Positions 1 to 10,183 of a DNA stretch of 64,000 nt are shown in pieces; the stretch's first letter is position 1, and every line of letters starts with the position of its first letter. A program made the translations under genes and the position numbers. A model generated the notes under the pieces. The model was not told the origin of the DNA, searched no databases, and saw nothing but the letters and a program-made list of their open reading frames with translations. The stretch is taken from positions 4,179 to 68,178 of the forward strand of contig JAUYKW010000025.1 of the NCBI GenBank assembly GCA_030698395.1, read 5' to 3'. Source of the DNA: a bacterium. Its GTDB lineage: Bacteria; Patescibacteriota; Patescibacteriia; UBA9570.

Positions 1-48
1 GATCATTGTTTAGTATAGAACATAATAATAGTACCGTATTTTATTTTG

Positions 49-122
49 TGGACGGTAGTGGATTCGAACCGCTGACCTCTTGCGTGTCGAGCAAGCGCTC
101 TAACCAACTGAGCTAACCGTCC
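49..122 (-). tRNA. tRNA-Val(GAC)
   Basis: Reverse complement folds as a cloverleaf: GGACGGT/ACCGTCC acceptor, CTTGC-TC-GAC-AC-GCAAG anticodon arm, TTCGAAT T-loop; CCA not encoded. Confidence 0.95.
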
Positions 123-194
123 CTTTTATTTTTTAATGTTCACTATATAACCGTAGCAACAACAACCCCTTTGTACTCCCTTCCGGCAAGCAAG

Positions 195-246
195 TAACCT
201 CCGCCAGAGGCGGATCAGCCTTCGGCTGAAACTGAGCTAACCGTCC
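195..246 (-). pseudogene. Broken 5' copy of tRNA-Val carrying a 30-bp double-hairpin insert (200-229)
   Basis: GGACGGTTAGCTCAGTT identical to tRNA-Val nt 1-17, then TCAGCCGAAGGCTGATCCGCCTCTGGCGGA, then GGTTA; no T arm follows. Confidence 0.9.
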
Positions 247-254
247 CTTTTTTG

Positions 255-327
255 TGCTCCTAGATGGAATTGAACCATCGACCCCAGTCTTATAAGGACT
301 GTGCTCTAACCCCTGAGCTATAGGAGC
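255..327 (-). tRNA. tRNA-Ile(TAT)
   Basis: GCTCCTA/TAGGAGC acceptor, CAGTC-CT-TAT-AA-GACTG anticodon arm, TTCAATT T-loop. Confidence 0.93.
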
Positions 328-421
328 CTGGACAGTTCCTTCGGAACTGAACAGGCAAGCTGAATTTGTAAATAACCACTGCTTGTCTGTTCAATTACGA
401 ACAAAGTGAGTAATTGTCCAG
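328..421. repeat. 94-bp four-way-junction palindromic element flanked by a 12-bp direct repeat of the tRNA-Ile 5' end
   Basis: CTGGAC..GTCCAG termini and three internal hairpins; AGCTATAGGAGC at 316-327 and 423-434. Confidence 0.8.
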
Positions 422-486
422 AAGCTATAGGAGCTTATAATGTGATGTATATATTAGCAGACCAAGAAAATTGAACAAGTGTCTAC

Positions 487-1482
487 CTACTTCTTGGCTA
501 TCTTTCCAGCACCTACTAAGCGAATTGTTTTTCCCGTATGTTTTTCTTTTTGTATACGTTTAAATAACAGTGTCCATGAAACCCATTGCCATGTAGAAAA
601 AATCATCGCAAATATTAATGTAGCTACAACATAAAATGTTCCACCTACAAATAATACATTCAAGACATTCGCAACTTCACCCTCAGGACTAACAATCAAC
701 ATCAATCCTAAATATGGTGCTATTACTACAAACGTAGTTAAAATAATGAAGATACCCATTACTGTTGCTAAAACAAATACCACAGCAGCCATTTCAACTG
801 TAACTAACCAATTATTTAAAAATAATTGCAATCCTTGTACCAACGCAGATCCTAAATCTTTATCTTCTAATACAATAAAGTTAGCTGCATACCTAACAAC
901 AAAAGATATTACCAGAATCAATGGCACTAACAGCACGCTTCCAATCAACACTAATGAGATTTGCGCATCATATAATGAGCCAGCATCTCCCAGCTGAACA
1001 ATCAAACCATTCATGGGTAAAATCAACGAAGTAATTACTAACAAAGAAACGAAATTCAAAACAAACAATGAAAACGCATGTTTCACACCTGCTTGAAACG
1101 CTTCAATAAAAGTAACTGTTTTTGTTCGCCTTTTACCTTGCAAACCAGCTGCATAAATTAATCCACCTTCAGCAACCACAATCATGTAAGCTACAATTAA
1201 TAGAGATCCCAACAATAATCCACAAAATATTATTACAGACACATTTCCTGCAGATATTAAATTTATTGCATTATTTAGTAATTGTATCCAAGATTGTTGT
1301 TGCCAAAATTGAATACTAAATACACTATCAATATTCAATAAATTGTTTACATAACGTAGATATCTGTCAATTTCACCAGCAGTGCCCGTTATAAATACAA
1401 CGAACAGACCAAATACCCATAGTTGTGGGTGACGAGATGTGAGTATCCAACCTTGTGAGAGAACATCTTTATATAGCTTCAT
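487..1482 (-). CDS. Multi-pass membrane protein of unknown function
   Basis: 331-aa ORF with about 7 hydrophobic helices and an 'LWVFGLF' N-terminus; co-oriented downstream of ftsH. Confidence 0.75.
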   Translation of the reverse strand: MKLYKDVLSQGWILTSRHPQLWVFGLFVVFITGTAGEIDRYLRYVNNLLNIDSVFSIQFWQQQSWIQLLNNAINLISAGNVSVIIFCGLLLGSLLIVAYMIVVAEGGLIYAAGLQGKRRTKTVTFIEAFQAGVKHAFSLFVLNFVSLLVITSLILPMNGLIVQLGDAGSLYDAQISLVLIGSVLLVPLILVISFVVRYAANFIVLEDKDLGSALVQGLQLFLNNWLVTVEMAAVVFVLATVMGIFIILTTFVVIAPYLGLMLIVSPEGEVANVLNVLFVGGTFYVVATLIFAMIFSTWQWVSWTLLFKRIQKEKHTGKTIRLVGAGKIAKK

Positions 1483-1499
1483 ACTAAATGGATTACTTT

Positions 1500-3359
1500 T
1501 TATGCCACACTTGCCATTAAGACTTCGAACTCTTTTCGCTCCAAAGTTTCCTTCTCCATTAGTACTTTTGCTAGTTCCTCCAATTCCTTACTATGTTCAT
1601 GTAGAATCGATTTAGCAACCTTATATGCTGAATCAATTAACTCGTCTACAGATGTATCAATACGTTTTGCAGTATCTTCAGAGTAGTCGCGTTGCTCGGA
1701 TAATTCTTTACCAAGGAACACAACTTCTTCGCGATGTCCAAATGTGCGAGGACCAAGATCCTCACTCATACCATACTGAGTTACTAACAATCTGGCAAGT
1801 TTTGTTGCCTTCTGTAAATCATTACTTGCACCAGTTGTGATCTCTCCAAAGATTTGTTCTTCTGCAACCCTACCTCCAAGCATCACTGCTAAATCTGCTA
1901 AGAACTCTGCTTTTGTATGTAAGCTCTTATCTCTTTCTGGTAATTTTAATGTATAACCTCCAGCTCTGCCTCGTGAGATAATAGAAATTTTATGAACCGG
2001 ATCCGCATCTTTAGAAAAATGTGCTACCAAGGCATGTCCGCCTTCATGATAAGCTGTTATTTTCTTCTCCTCTTCATTTATCACAGCAGATTTTCTTTCT
2101 GGTCCCATCATCACTTTTTCAATTGCATCTAAACAATCTTTCATAGTAATACTTTTTCTATCTTCTCTAGCTGTTAGAATCGCTGCCTCATTCAAGATAT
2201 TCTCTAAATCAGCTCCAGAAAAACCAGGTGTTCTTTGAGCGATAGCTTTTAATTCAGCATCTTTATCAAGAGGTTTGTTTGCTGAATGCACTTTCAATAT
2301 TTGCTCTCTCTCTTTGATGTCAGGTAAATCAATAGTTACGTGACGATCAAATCTTCCTGGTCTTAACAATGCTGGGTCTAACACGTCTGGTCTATTCGTT
2401 GCTGCAATTACAATAACTCTTGTTTCATTATCAAAACCATCCATCTCTACTAATATTTGATTTAAAGTTTGTTCACGTTCATCGTGAGAACCACCTAAAC
2501 CAGTTCCACGTTGTCTACCTACTGCATCAATTTCATCTACAAATACAATTGCTGGAGCATTTTGTTTTGCTTTCTTAAACAAATCTCTTACTCGAGAAGC
2601 ACCAACTCCGACAAACATTTCTACAAATTCTGATCCAGAAATATGATAAAACGGAACATCAGCTTCTCCAGAAACTGCTCTGGCCATTAATGTTTTACCA
2701 GTTCCCGGGGAACCAACTAATAGCACACCACTAGGAACCTTGGCCCCTAATTTTGAGTATTTTTGGGGATGCTTCAAAAAGTCTACTACTTCCTGCAATT
2801 CTTCCTTAGCTTCAGTTGCACCAGCAACATCTTTAAAGGTCACCTTATTCTTCTTATCTGCTCCTTTTTCTTCTTTAGCACCAGAACGACCAAACATCAT
2901 TGCTTTATTATTAGCACCTTGCACCTGTCGCAACATAAACCACAAAATAAGACCAATAACTAAGATGCTAATCAAGCCAGGTGATAGCATTGATAACCAA
3001 TATGTAAACCCAGTATTACTTGTTACAATAATATCTTGTTGACGAATAACTTTTTCAGAAACACCCTGTTGAACTAACAATTCAGTAATTGGTTGGCCAG
3101 TTTCTTTTCTGGCAGTTACCACTGTATCGTCATTCAAGACAATCTCTAATGCTTGTTCACCTTTTACTTCAATCTGTTTTACTTCGCCCGCCTCTACTTT
3201 CTCTACTAACTGACTTAAGGTTATTTCTTCTGTGCTGTTACCTGGTTCATTGACCAAACTAAATACTGCACCAACTACAACAACCATCACCACAAAAGTT
3301 ATGAAATTTCTAAATAACTGTGGCCCTTTACCTTTTTTTGCTTTTGGTAATTTTGGCAT
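1500..3359 (-). CDS. ftsH: ATP-dependent zinc metalloprotease FtsH
   Basis: Two N-terminal TMs, Walker [38 protein letters not shown] zinc motif. Confidence 0.98.
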   Translation of the reverse strand: MPKLPKAKKGKGPQLFRNFITFVVMVVVVGAVFSLVNEPGNSTEEITLSQLVEKVEAGEVKQIEVKGEQALEIVLNDDTVVTARKETGQPITELLVQQGVSEKVIRQQDIIVTSNTGFTYWLSMLSPGLISILVIGLILWFMLRQVQGANNKAMMFGRSGAKEEKGADKKNKVTFKDVAGATEAKEELQEVVDFLKHPQKYSKLGAKVPSGVLLVGSPGTGKTLMARAVSGEADVPFYHISGSEFVEMFVGVGASRVRDLFKKAKQNAPAIVFVDEIDAVGRQRGTGLGGSHDEREQTLNQILVEMDGFDNETRVIVIAATNRPDVLDPALLRPGRFDRHVTIDLPDIKEREQILKVHSANKPLDKDAELKAIAQRTPGFSGADLENILNEAAILTAREDRKSITMKDCLDAIEKVMMGPERKSAVINEEEKKITAYHEGGHALVAHFSKDADPVHKISIISRGRAGGYTLKLPERDKSLHTKAEFLADLAVMLGGRVAEEQIFGEITTGASNDLQKATKLARLLVTQYGMSEDLGPRTFGHREEVVFLGKELSEQRDYSEDTAKRIDTSVDELIDSAYKVAKSILHEHSKELEELAKVLMEKETLERKEFEVLMASVA

Positions 3360-3364
3360 AATAA

Positions 3365-4540
3365 TTATTCTTTAACTGTTTCTTCTTTTGGCTCCTCAAC
3401 TACAGCCACTTCTTCAATTGCTGGAGCTTCCTTTGGTGTCTCATGTAATGCTTTATAAGATAATCCCAATCTATGCTGATTTGGTTCGATAGAAATTATT
3501 TTAAATTCATAAGTTTTTCCTTCTTGAACTACTTCAGTAGGACTAGACAATTTTTTATATGAAAGCTCAGAAATATGTGCTAACCCATGAATCTCTGTAT
3601 CTAATTCCACAAATGCTCCAAAAGGATTAACTTTTAGAACAATACCTTCTACAGTATCACCAATATTATATTTTTTAGTGATAATCTGCCATGGATCAGT
3701 TTCTAGATTTCTAATACTTAATGAAATTTTAGAATCATCAATACTGATAATTTGAGCTTTCACATCCTGTCCAATACTTACAAAGTCAGATGGATTATCA
3801 ATTCTCTGCCATGCAATTTCAGATATATGTACTAATCCTTCTAGACCATCTCCAAATTCAATAAATGCCCCAAAGTCCACCACACCAGTTACTTTACCTT
3901 CAACTACATCGTTTACCTTGTACTGAGAGATCTTTTGCTGTTGTTGTTCAGCTTTAGCTAATTTTTCTGAAACTATTAATTTATTTTCAATTTCATCTAC
4001 ATCAATCACTTTTACTTGAAAAGCCTCAGATACATAATCTTTTAGCTTCTCTAAAATTCTACTCTTATTACCGCCTTCTACTCTTGGATAATGTTCAACC
4101 GACAATTGTGATACTGGTAAAAAACCAGATACATTTCCAACGCGGATAATTAAACCTCCTTTATTTGCGTCTAAGATATGTGCATCAACAACACTTTGTC
4201 CATGCATTAACTCTTTTAATGACTTCCATGCTTTATCATGACCAGCCTGCTGGAATGATAATTCTACTTCACCATTTTCATTTTCTACTTCAACTACACT
4301 TGCAGTTGCTTCATCACCTACCTTTAAATTTGAATATTCTCCAGATTCATCAAATAATTCTGGACCTCTTACTACTCCAGATGCATAACCTCCGATATCT
4401 AAATGAACTTCATTTTTTGAAGCTAAGATAACTTTACCTGTAATTATATCTCCTTGATTCGGAATAGCTATTTCACTATTATCCGCCAAGAGCTGAGCCA
4501 TGACGCTCTGTGTATCAGCCTTTTGGGTTAAATTGGCCAT
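3365..4540 (-). CDS. rpsA: 30S ribosomal protein S1 (four-domain short form)
   Basis: Repeated S1 motifs (FGAFIE..EGLVHISEI, FGAFVE..GLAHISEL). Confidence 0.92.
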   Translation of the reverse strand: MANLTQKADTQSVMAQLLADNSEIAIPNQGDIITGKVILASKNEVHLDIGGYASGVVRGPELFDESGEYSNLKVGDEATASVVEVENENGEVELSFQQAGHDKAWKSLKELMHGQSVVDAHILDANKGGLIIRVGNVSGFLPVSQLSVEHYPRVEGGNKSRILEKLKDYVSEAFQVKVIDVDEIENKLIVSEKLAKAEQQQQKISQYKVNDVVEGKVTGVVDFGAFIEFGDGLEGLVHISEIAWQRIDNPSDFVSIGQDVKAQIISIDDSKISLSIRNLETDPWQIITKKYNIGDTVEGIVLKVNPFGAFVELDTEIHGLAHISELSYKKLSSPTEVVQEGKTYEFKIISIEPNQHRLGLSYKALHETPKEAPAIEEVAVVEEPKEETVKE

Positions 4541-4666
4541 AAATTAATTATTAATTAACCAAACCTGACCTAAAAGTTTGGATTACTTATTAAATATGCT
4601 AAAAATATAGCGTAATGATTATACAGAAAGATAGAAAAATTTGCAAGACTAGGGTATATTAAGGAT

Positions 4667-5230
4667 ATGACTAGAACAACACTCGATGGAGCAAAATTTA
4701 GAAAGATGGTGATGAAAGCCACTGGTACTAAGGGCTATCTATCTTCATCTGTATCAAAATCTATTCAATCGTCTGGTTCAAAGAAATTCATGCAATCTGG
4801 TGCCAAAGTATCAAAACGCGACGCAACTAAAGTAATTAAGCAATTGAAAGAGGAGGGTTTAGCTCACAAAGTAACATCAAATGCTACAAAATACGTCGGT
4901 ACTGCGTACGCAAAGGAAGAACGGCGCAAAGAATCGATAAAAAAGATGAATATCTCCGAACGTCAAAAAGAGATTTCTGCAGAGAAAGCTGCCGAACAAA
5001 ACGGCAAAATGGCAACCACAAAAACAAAATCATCTGGCGGACAAGGTGCAACCCATCTTCAACAAGCTTCGAGCATGCCCTCAAGTAGTGGGGGAAATAC
5101 TGATAGTTTCGTTGGATCAATTTACGGCAAAACAAATATCAAACCTCAAAGTGAACTTCCAACTCCTGTAGAAAAACCACAAGAATGGAAAGATGAAGAA
5201 GAAAATTTAATTGATCTAGCTATTGATTAG
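4667..5230 (+). CDS. Hypothetical Lys/Ser-rich protein
   Basis: 187-aa ORF filling the gap; basic N-terminus, acidic C-terminal tail. Confidence 0.65.
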   Translation: MTRTTLDGAKFRKMVMKATGTKGYLSSSVSKSIQSSGSKKFMQSGAKVSKRDATKVIKQLKEEGLAHKVTSNATKYVGTAYAKEERRKESIKKMNISERQKEISAEKAAEQNGKMATTKTKSSGGQGATHLQQASSMPSSSGGNTDSFVGSIYGKTNIKPQSELPTPVEKPQEWKDEEENLIDLAID

Positions 5231-5257
5231 TGCCTCCGGAAGTGTTATAGTGCTTCT

Positions 5258-5857
5258 ATGCAAATTCAATGGTTAGGCCTAGCGTCATTCAAAATTCAAA
5301 CAAAAAATTCAGTAATTATCACCGATCCATACTCGGATTCTTCTGGTTTGATAATGCCAAAATCAAAAGCAGATATTATATTAGTATCTGACACACAAAA
5401 TGCATTAGCCAATAATGTAAAAAGATTAAGTGGTGATTCATTTCTCATTACTGGTCCTGGTGAGTATGAAGTGAAGCATTCTTTTGTATATGGTATACCA
5501 GCAAAAAATACCATCTACTTAATAGAGGATGAAGATATTAAAATTGCTTTTCTTGGACTACTCGATTCCGACTTAAAAGATAAACACTTAGAAAGCATCG
5601 AAGGTGCTGATATCTTATTATTACCAGTTGGTACATTAACTAAAGAACAACGTACTATTTTAATTAGCCAGGTAGAGCCTAAAGTTATCATTCCTTATCT
5701 GTATAAACAACCAAAAGTAAAACAAAGCCTAGAACCCCTAGAAACATTCCTCAAAGAGATGGGCATTAAAGATACTGAACCAATCGATAAATACTCAATT
5801 AAAAAACAAAATCTTCCACAAGAAGAAACTATTGTGACCATATTAAAGCATGCCTAA
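5258..5857 (+). CDS. MBL-fold metallo-hydrolase-like protein (Lactamase_B_3 type; metal ligands look degenerate)
   Basis: MQIQWLG..F.I, IITDPY, ITGPGEYEV, DILLLPVG, EPKVIIP; the usual HxHxDH is absent. Confidence 0.8.
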   Translation: MQIQWLGLASFKIQTKNSVIITDPYSDSSGLIMPKSKADIILVSDTQNALANNVKRLSGDSFLITGPGEYEVKHSFVYGIPAKNTIYLIEDEDIKIAFLGLLDSDLKDKHLESIEGADILLLPVGTLTKEQRTILISQVEPKVIIPYLYKQPKVKQSLEPLETFLKEMGIKDTEPIDKYSIKKQNLPQEETIVTILKHA

Positions 5858-6551
5858 AATATCTAAAAAAGCTAAAACTACAAAAAAGACTTCAGCAAAA
5901 AAAACACCGGTTACTAAAGCAAAAAAAGCTTCTAAACCTGTTGCTAAAAAGTCTCCTGAAAAAAAGATTGTAGCCAAAAAGACTACTCAAAAAAAACCGC
6001 TTGTAAAATCTGTTACCAAAGCTAGGAAACGGAAAACAGAAAAAAAAGTTGTTAAAGCAAAAAAAACAACGCCAATACAAAATAAGAAACCCGTAACTCC
6101 AGAAAATCCAGCATTAGAAACACCATCTTTTCCAACAGTAAATGTCATCGAAACAGTATCTGAAACTGTAGAGGAAACTATTCCAGAAACCAAACCACAA
6201 ACTACACAAGTTAAAGTAAAAAATGCCCAATCAACTGTGTGGGTTACAGTAATATTTGTTACTACAGTAATATTTGGAGCTTGGTTATATTCTTTAAAAT
6301 TTACTGTATTAAAACCAATACCAGAAACTGCTGCTAGCACAGCTGTAACAGAAGTTCAGCTAGATGAATTCGTAGATAATCTAAAAGATGGTTGGTCTTC
6401 GCTTCAAGAAAACGTATCTGAGTTAGAAATAGAACCAGACACATTAACAAAAACAGAAGAGACTAAATTAAACTCTACGTCTCGCAAATTAGAGCCGAAG
6501 AGTGAGCCCAGCACGGAGGAGCTAGATTCCTTATTCTCTGATATTAACTAA
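5850..6551 (+). CDS. Histone-H1-like Lys-rich protein with a single TM helix
   Basis: N-terminal ~80 aa rich in K/A/T/P (KKTSAKK, VAKK), then [22 protein letters not shown] and an acidic C-terminus. Confidence 0.7.
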   Translation: MPKISKKAKTTKKTSAKKTPVTKAKKASKPVAKKSPEKKIVAKKTTQKKPLVKSVTKARKRKTEKKVVKAKKTTPIQNKKPVTPENPALETPSFPTVNVIETVSETVEETIPETKPQTTQVKVKNAQSTVWVTVIFVTTVIFGAWLYSLKFTVLKPIPETAASTAVTEVQLDEFVDNLKDGWSSLQENVSELEIEPDTLTKTEETKLNSTSRKLEPKSEPSTEELDSLFSDIN

Positions 6552-6553
6552 AT

Positions 6554-9109
6554 ATGGCAACAACAAAAAAAAATAAGCCCACTTCTTCAGATAAAGCGAA
6601 GAAGTCTTCAAGTAATAGTAAAAAACCAGAAACAGGAGTTGTAGAAGATACAACAAGACATATTGGTGTAGTACCTCAACCTATTGTTAAAGAAATGGAA
6701 GTTTCTTATTTAAACTACGCCATGAGTGTAATTGTAATGCGTGCCCTACCAGATGTACGTGACGGACTAAAACCTGTGCATCGTCGTATTCTTTATGCTA
6801 TGTGGACAATTGGCTTAAAATCCAATGCTAAATTTAGAAAATCAGCAACTGTAGTCGGTGAAGTTTTAGGTAAATATCATCCACATGGTGACTCTGCTGT
6901 ATATGATAGTTTAGTACGCCTTGCACAAGACTTTTCTATGCGATATCCATTAGTAAATGGCCAAGGTAACTTTGGTTCAATGGATGGAGATTCTGCTGCA
7001 GCCATGCGTTACACTGAAGCAAAACTACAGAAGATTGCAGAAGAAATGCTAACTGACATTGAAAAAGATACAGTTGATTTTAGACCCAATTATGATGGGA
7101 GTCATGATGAACCTACAGTAATGCCTTCAAAACTACCGAACTTATTACTAAATGGAACGGTTGGTATAGCAGTAGGAATGGCAACAAATATTCCACCACA
7201 CAACTTAACAGAACTATGTGATGCTCTAACTCATTTGATCGCACATCCCGAAGCAGATGTAGAACAATTGATGGAATTTGTGAAGGGACCAGATCTTCCA
7301 ACGGGTGGCATCATGTATGATGTTGAAGCTATTAAAACGGCTTATGCAACTGGTAAAGGTGGAGTGGTAATGCGCGGTCGAGCAAACATCGAAGAAGGAC
7401 CAAGAGGTCATCAAATAATTATTACTGAAATACCTTATCAAGTTAATAAAGCCACGCTTGTAGAAAAAATTGCAAATCTTGTTAAAGATAAAAAGCTTGA
7501 AGGAATCAGAGATTTAAGAGATGAATCAGATCGTAATGGTATCCGTGTTGTAGTTGATCTAAAAAAAGATGCATACCCAAAGAAAATTCTTAATCGTTTA
7601 TACAAACTAACTCAGCTCCAAGAAAAATTCCACTTTAACATGGTGGCACTGCTGGATGGACTACAACCACGCGTACTTACACTAAAGATGCTCTTGGAAG
7701 AATACATTAAGCATCGAGAGGTTGTAGTAGAACGAAGAACTAAATATGAATTAAAGAAGGCGGAAGAGCGTGCCCATATCTTAGAGGGCTTAGCAATGGC
7801 TTTGGAAAAGATTGATTTAGTAATCAAAACCATCAAACAATCAAAGGATAAAGGTGATGCAAAAATTAACTTGATGAAAAAGTTCAAGTTTAGTGAACGC
7901 CAAACTCTAGCTATTTTGGACATGAAACTACAGCAACTAGCTAATTTGGAGCGTATTCAAGTAGAAAAAGAACTAAAAGAAAAACAACAGTTAATAAAAG
8001 AATTAAAGAAAATTCTTTCTAGTCGATTAACAATTCTAGCGGTTGTAAAAGATGAAATTACAGACATGAAAGATAAATATGGTGACGAACGCAGAACAGA
8101 AATTGTTGCAAATGCTATCGGACAGTTCTCACAAGAAGATTTGATTCCAAAGGAACCAACATTAATTATGATGACGCGTGATGGCTACATCAAACGTTTA
8201 GCGCCGGATACTTTCAAACAACAACATCGAGGTGGAAAAGGAATTATTGGTTTAACTGCCAAAGAAGAAGATGCAGTAGAACGTCTATTAGATGCTAACA
8301 CTCATTCAGAAATTCTATTCTTCACATCTAAAGGTCGGATTTTTCAATTAAAGGCCTATGAAATTCCACAAGCTTCTAGAACCTCAAAAGGTCAGGCAGC
8401 AGTAAATTTCCTTCAACTAGGACCAGAAGAAGAAGTAAATGCTGTACTTTCATTAGATGATATTGCAAAGCATAAATATCTAGTAATGGTCACCAAAAAT
8501 GGCATCATCAAAAAAACCAAAACTGAAGCATTAACAAATGTTAGACGATCTGGATTAATAGCTATCAAGATTAAAGACAAAGATAAGCTACAGTGGGTTA
8601 AACCATCAAGTGGTAAGGATCAAATCATACTAGTAACAGATGATGGACAAGCTATCCGCTTTAATGAAGATAAAATTCGTGAAATGGGTAGATCTGCAGC
8701 TGGTGTTCGCGGTATTCGTCTAAAAAATGATGGACATGTTGTAGGTATGGATATGATATCAAATGATACCGAGGCATCTCATCAACTAATAATTGTTACA
8801 AAAAATGGTTACGGTAAAAGAACTGATGTAAAGAATTTTAAAATCCAAAACAGAGGTGGTTCTGGAGTAAAAACAGCTAAAGTAACCGATAAAACTGGTA
8901 GCGTGGTTCGAGGCTTCATAATTGATACAAAAACGGAATTAGAGGAAGACATTCTAATTATGTCTAAAAAGGGACAAGTTATCCGCTTACCACTTAAGGG
9001 TATATCAAAGATGGGCAGAGCAACCCAAGGAGTTCGAGTAATGAAGTTTAAAGCAGCTGGTGATGAAGTTGCTGGTATCACATTCCTCCAACAACTTCCA
9101 ACAGACTAA
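6554..9109 (+). CDS. gyrA: DNA gyrase subunit A
   Basis: [23 protein letters not shown], catalytic AAMRYTE, GyrA-box QHRGGKG, C-terminal pinwheel repeats. Confidence 0.99.
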   Translation: MATTKKNKPTSSDKAKKSSSNSKKPETGVVEDTTRHIGVVPQPIVKEMEVSYLNYAMSVIVMRALPDVRDGLKPVHRRILYAMWTIGLKSNAKFRKSATVVGEVLGKYHPHGDSAVYDSLVRLAQDFSMRYPLVNGQGNFGSMDGDSAAAMRYTEAKLQKIAEEMLTDIEKDTVDFRPNYDGSHDEPTVMPSKLPNLLLNGTVGIAVGMATNIPPHNLTELCDALTHLIAHPEADVEQLMEFVKGPDLPTGGIMYDVEAIKTAYATGKGGVVMRGRANIEEGPRGHQIIITEIPYQVNKATLVEKIANLVKDKKLEGIRDLRDESDRNGIRVVVDLKKDAYPKKILNRLYKLTQLQEKFHFNMVALLDGLQPRVLTLKMLLEEYIKHREVVVERRTKYELKKAEERAHILEGLAMALEKIDLVIKTIKQSKDKGDAKINLMKKFKFSERQTLAILDMKLQQLANLERIQVEKELKEKQQLIKELKKILSSRLTILAVVKDEITDMKDKYGDERRTEIVANAIGQFSQEDLIPKEPTLIMMTRDGYIKRLAPDTFKQQHRGGKGIIGLTAKEEDAVERLLDANTHSEILFFTSKGRIFQLKAYEIPQASRTSKGQAAVNFLQLGPEEEVNAVLSLDDIAKHKYLVMVTKNGIIKKTKTEALTNVRRSGLIAIKIKDKDKLQWVKPSSGKDQIILVTDDGQAIRFNEDKIREMGRSAAGVRGIRLKNDGHVVGMDMISNDTEASHQLIIVTKNGYGKRTDVKNFKIQNRGGSGVKTAKVTDKTGSVVRGFIIDTKTELEEDILIMSKKGQVIRLPLKGISKMGRATQGVRVMKFKAAGDEVAGITFLQQLPTD

Positions 9110-9325
9110 AAAAACAGTAGAGACGCGATTAAACAAATAAAAGTAGGGACCTGCCATGGCATGTCCCTACTTTTTTAATCAATAATTATCTCTACTGTTT
9201 TTGATTCCTTCGCGTCTCTCTATTTATATTTATTTTTAAATTCATTTAATTACAAAAATATGTAGGGATAAGTCGCGACTTACCCCTACATATTTATCGC
9301 ATTTCTATAATATTATATTCCCTAT
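9110..9325. repeat. Nested cluster of GTAG-type REP-like palindromes between convergent gyrA and tpiA
   Basis: GTAGGGAC..GTCCCTAC (9143-9170), GTAGGGATAAGTCGCGACTTACCCCTAC (9262-9289), outer CAGTAGAGA..TCTCTACTG. Confidence 0.8.
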
Positions 9326-9328
9326 ATC

Positions 9329-10051
9329 CTAATAATTCACAATCTGAATAAAATCCTCTGATTTCAAACTCGCACCTCCAACCAAAGCTCCATCAATATC
9401 TGCTTGTTGCATTAATTCCACAACATTATCCGGTTTTACCGATCCACCATATAAAATACGCGTTTCTTCATTCACCTGTTTCCTAATTACTGCATGCATT
9501 TCCTGAGCCTGTTCTGGAGTTGCTGTTTCGCCTGTACCAATTGCCCATATAGGCTCATAAGCTACTACAATTTTTGATAATTGCTCATTAGATAAACCAT
9601 CTAAAGCAACTTTTAATTGATTTTCTACCACTGTAACCATCTCATTATTCTTCCGTTGTATTAAAGATTCACCCACACACACTATCGGAACAAAGTCAGC
9701 ATCTAAAGCAGCAAAAATTTTACTATGAACAGTCTCATCAGTTTCGTTATTATCTCTACGTCTTTCTGAATGTCCAATAATCACATAGGAGCAACCTAGT
9801 TCCTGTAACATATCAGCTGATATCTCACCAGTGTATGCTCCTGATTCTTCCCAATGAAAATTTTGTGCTCCGTATCCCACTTTTGTGCCAGCTAATAATT
9901 CCTGCATCTTACTTAATACAGTATAAGGACCACACAATACTACCTCTCGATCGCTATTTATCTCGTTTTTTAGGAATTTTTGAATAAAATCTTCCGCTTC
10001 TGCGTTGGTTTTATTCATCTTCCAATTTGCTGCTAATAAAGGAATTCTCAT
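9329..10051 (-). CDS. tpiA: Triosephosphate isomerase
   Basis: AANWKMN, IIGHSERR, AYEPIWAIGTG, LYGGSV, DGALVGGASL; start moved to MRIPLL (10051). Confidence 0.98.
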   Translation of the reverse strand: MRIPLLAANWKMNKTNAEAEDFIQKFLKNEINSDREVVLCGPYTVLSKMQELLAGTKVGYGAQNFHWEESGAYTGEISADMLQELGCSYVIIGHSERRRDNNETDETVHSKIFAALDADFVPIVCVGESLIQRKNNEMVTVVENQLKVALDGLSNEQLSKIVVAYEPIWAIGTGETATPEQAQEMHAVIRKQVNEETRILYGGSVKPDNVVELMQQADIDGALVGGASLKSEDFIQIVNY

Positions 10052-10183
10052 AAAGTAAAGTATAGCATATAATCTTTTTATGCTTAAAATAATCATGAAT
10101 ATCCAAATTGTTGCACTTGCATTATTGATTAATTCTAGTTATAGTAACGCTGATTTATGATGATCTTTAACGGTTTAATTTAA

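Noticed and set aside
195-246. 30-bp insert as a tRNA intron, or broken copies as split-tRNA halves
   Set aside because: Broken copies lack complete anticodon and T arms, no separate 3' halves are seen, an intact gene follows each, and the insert occurs in both orientations.
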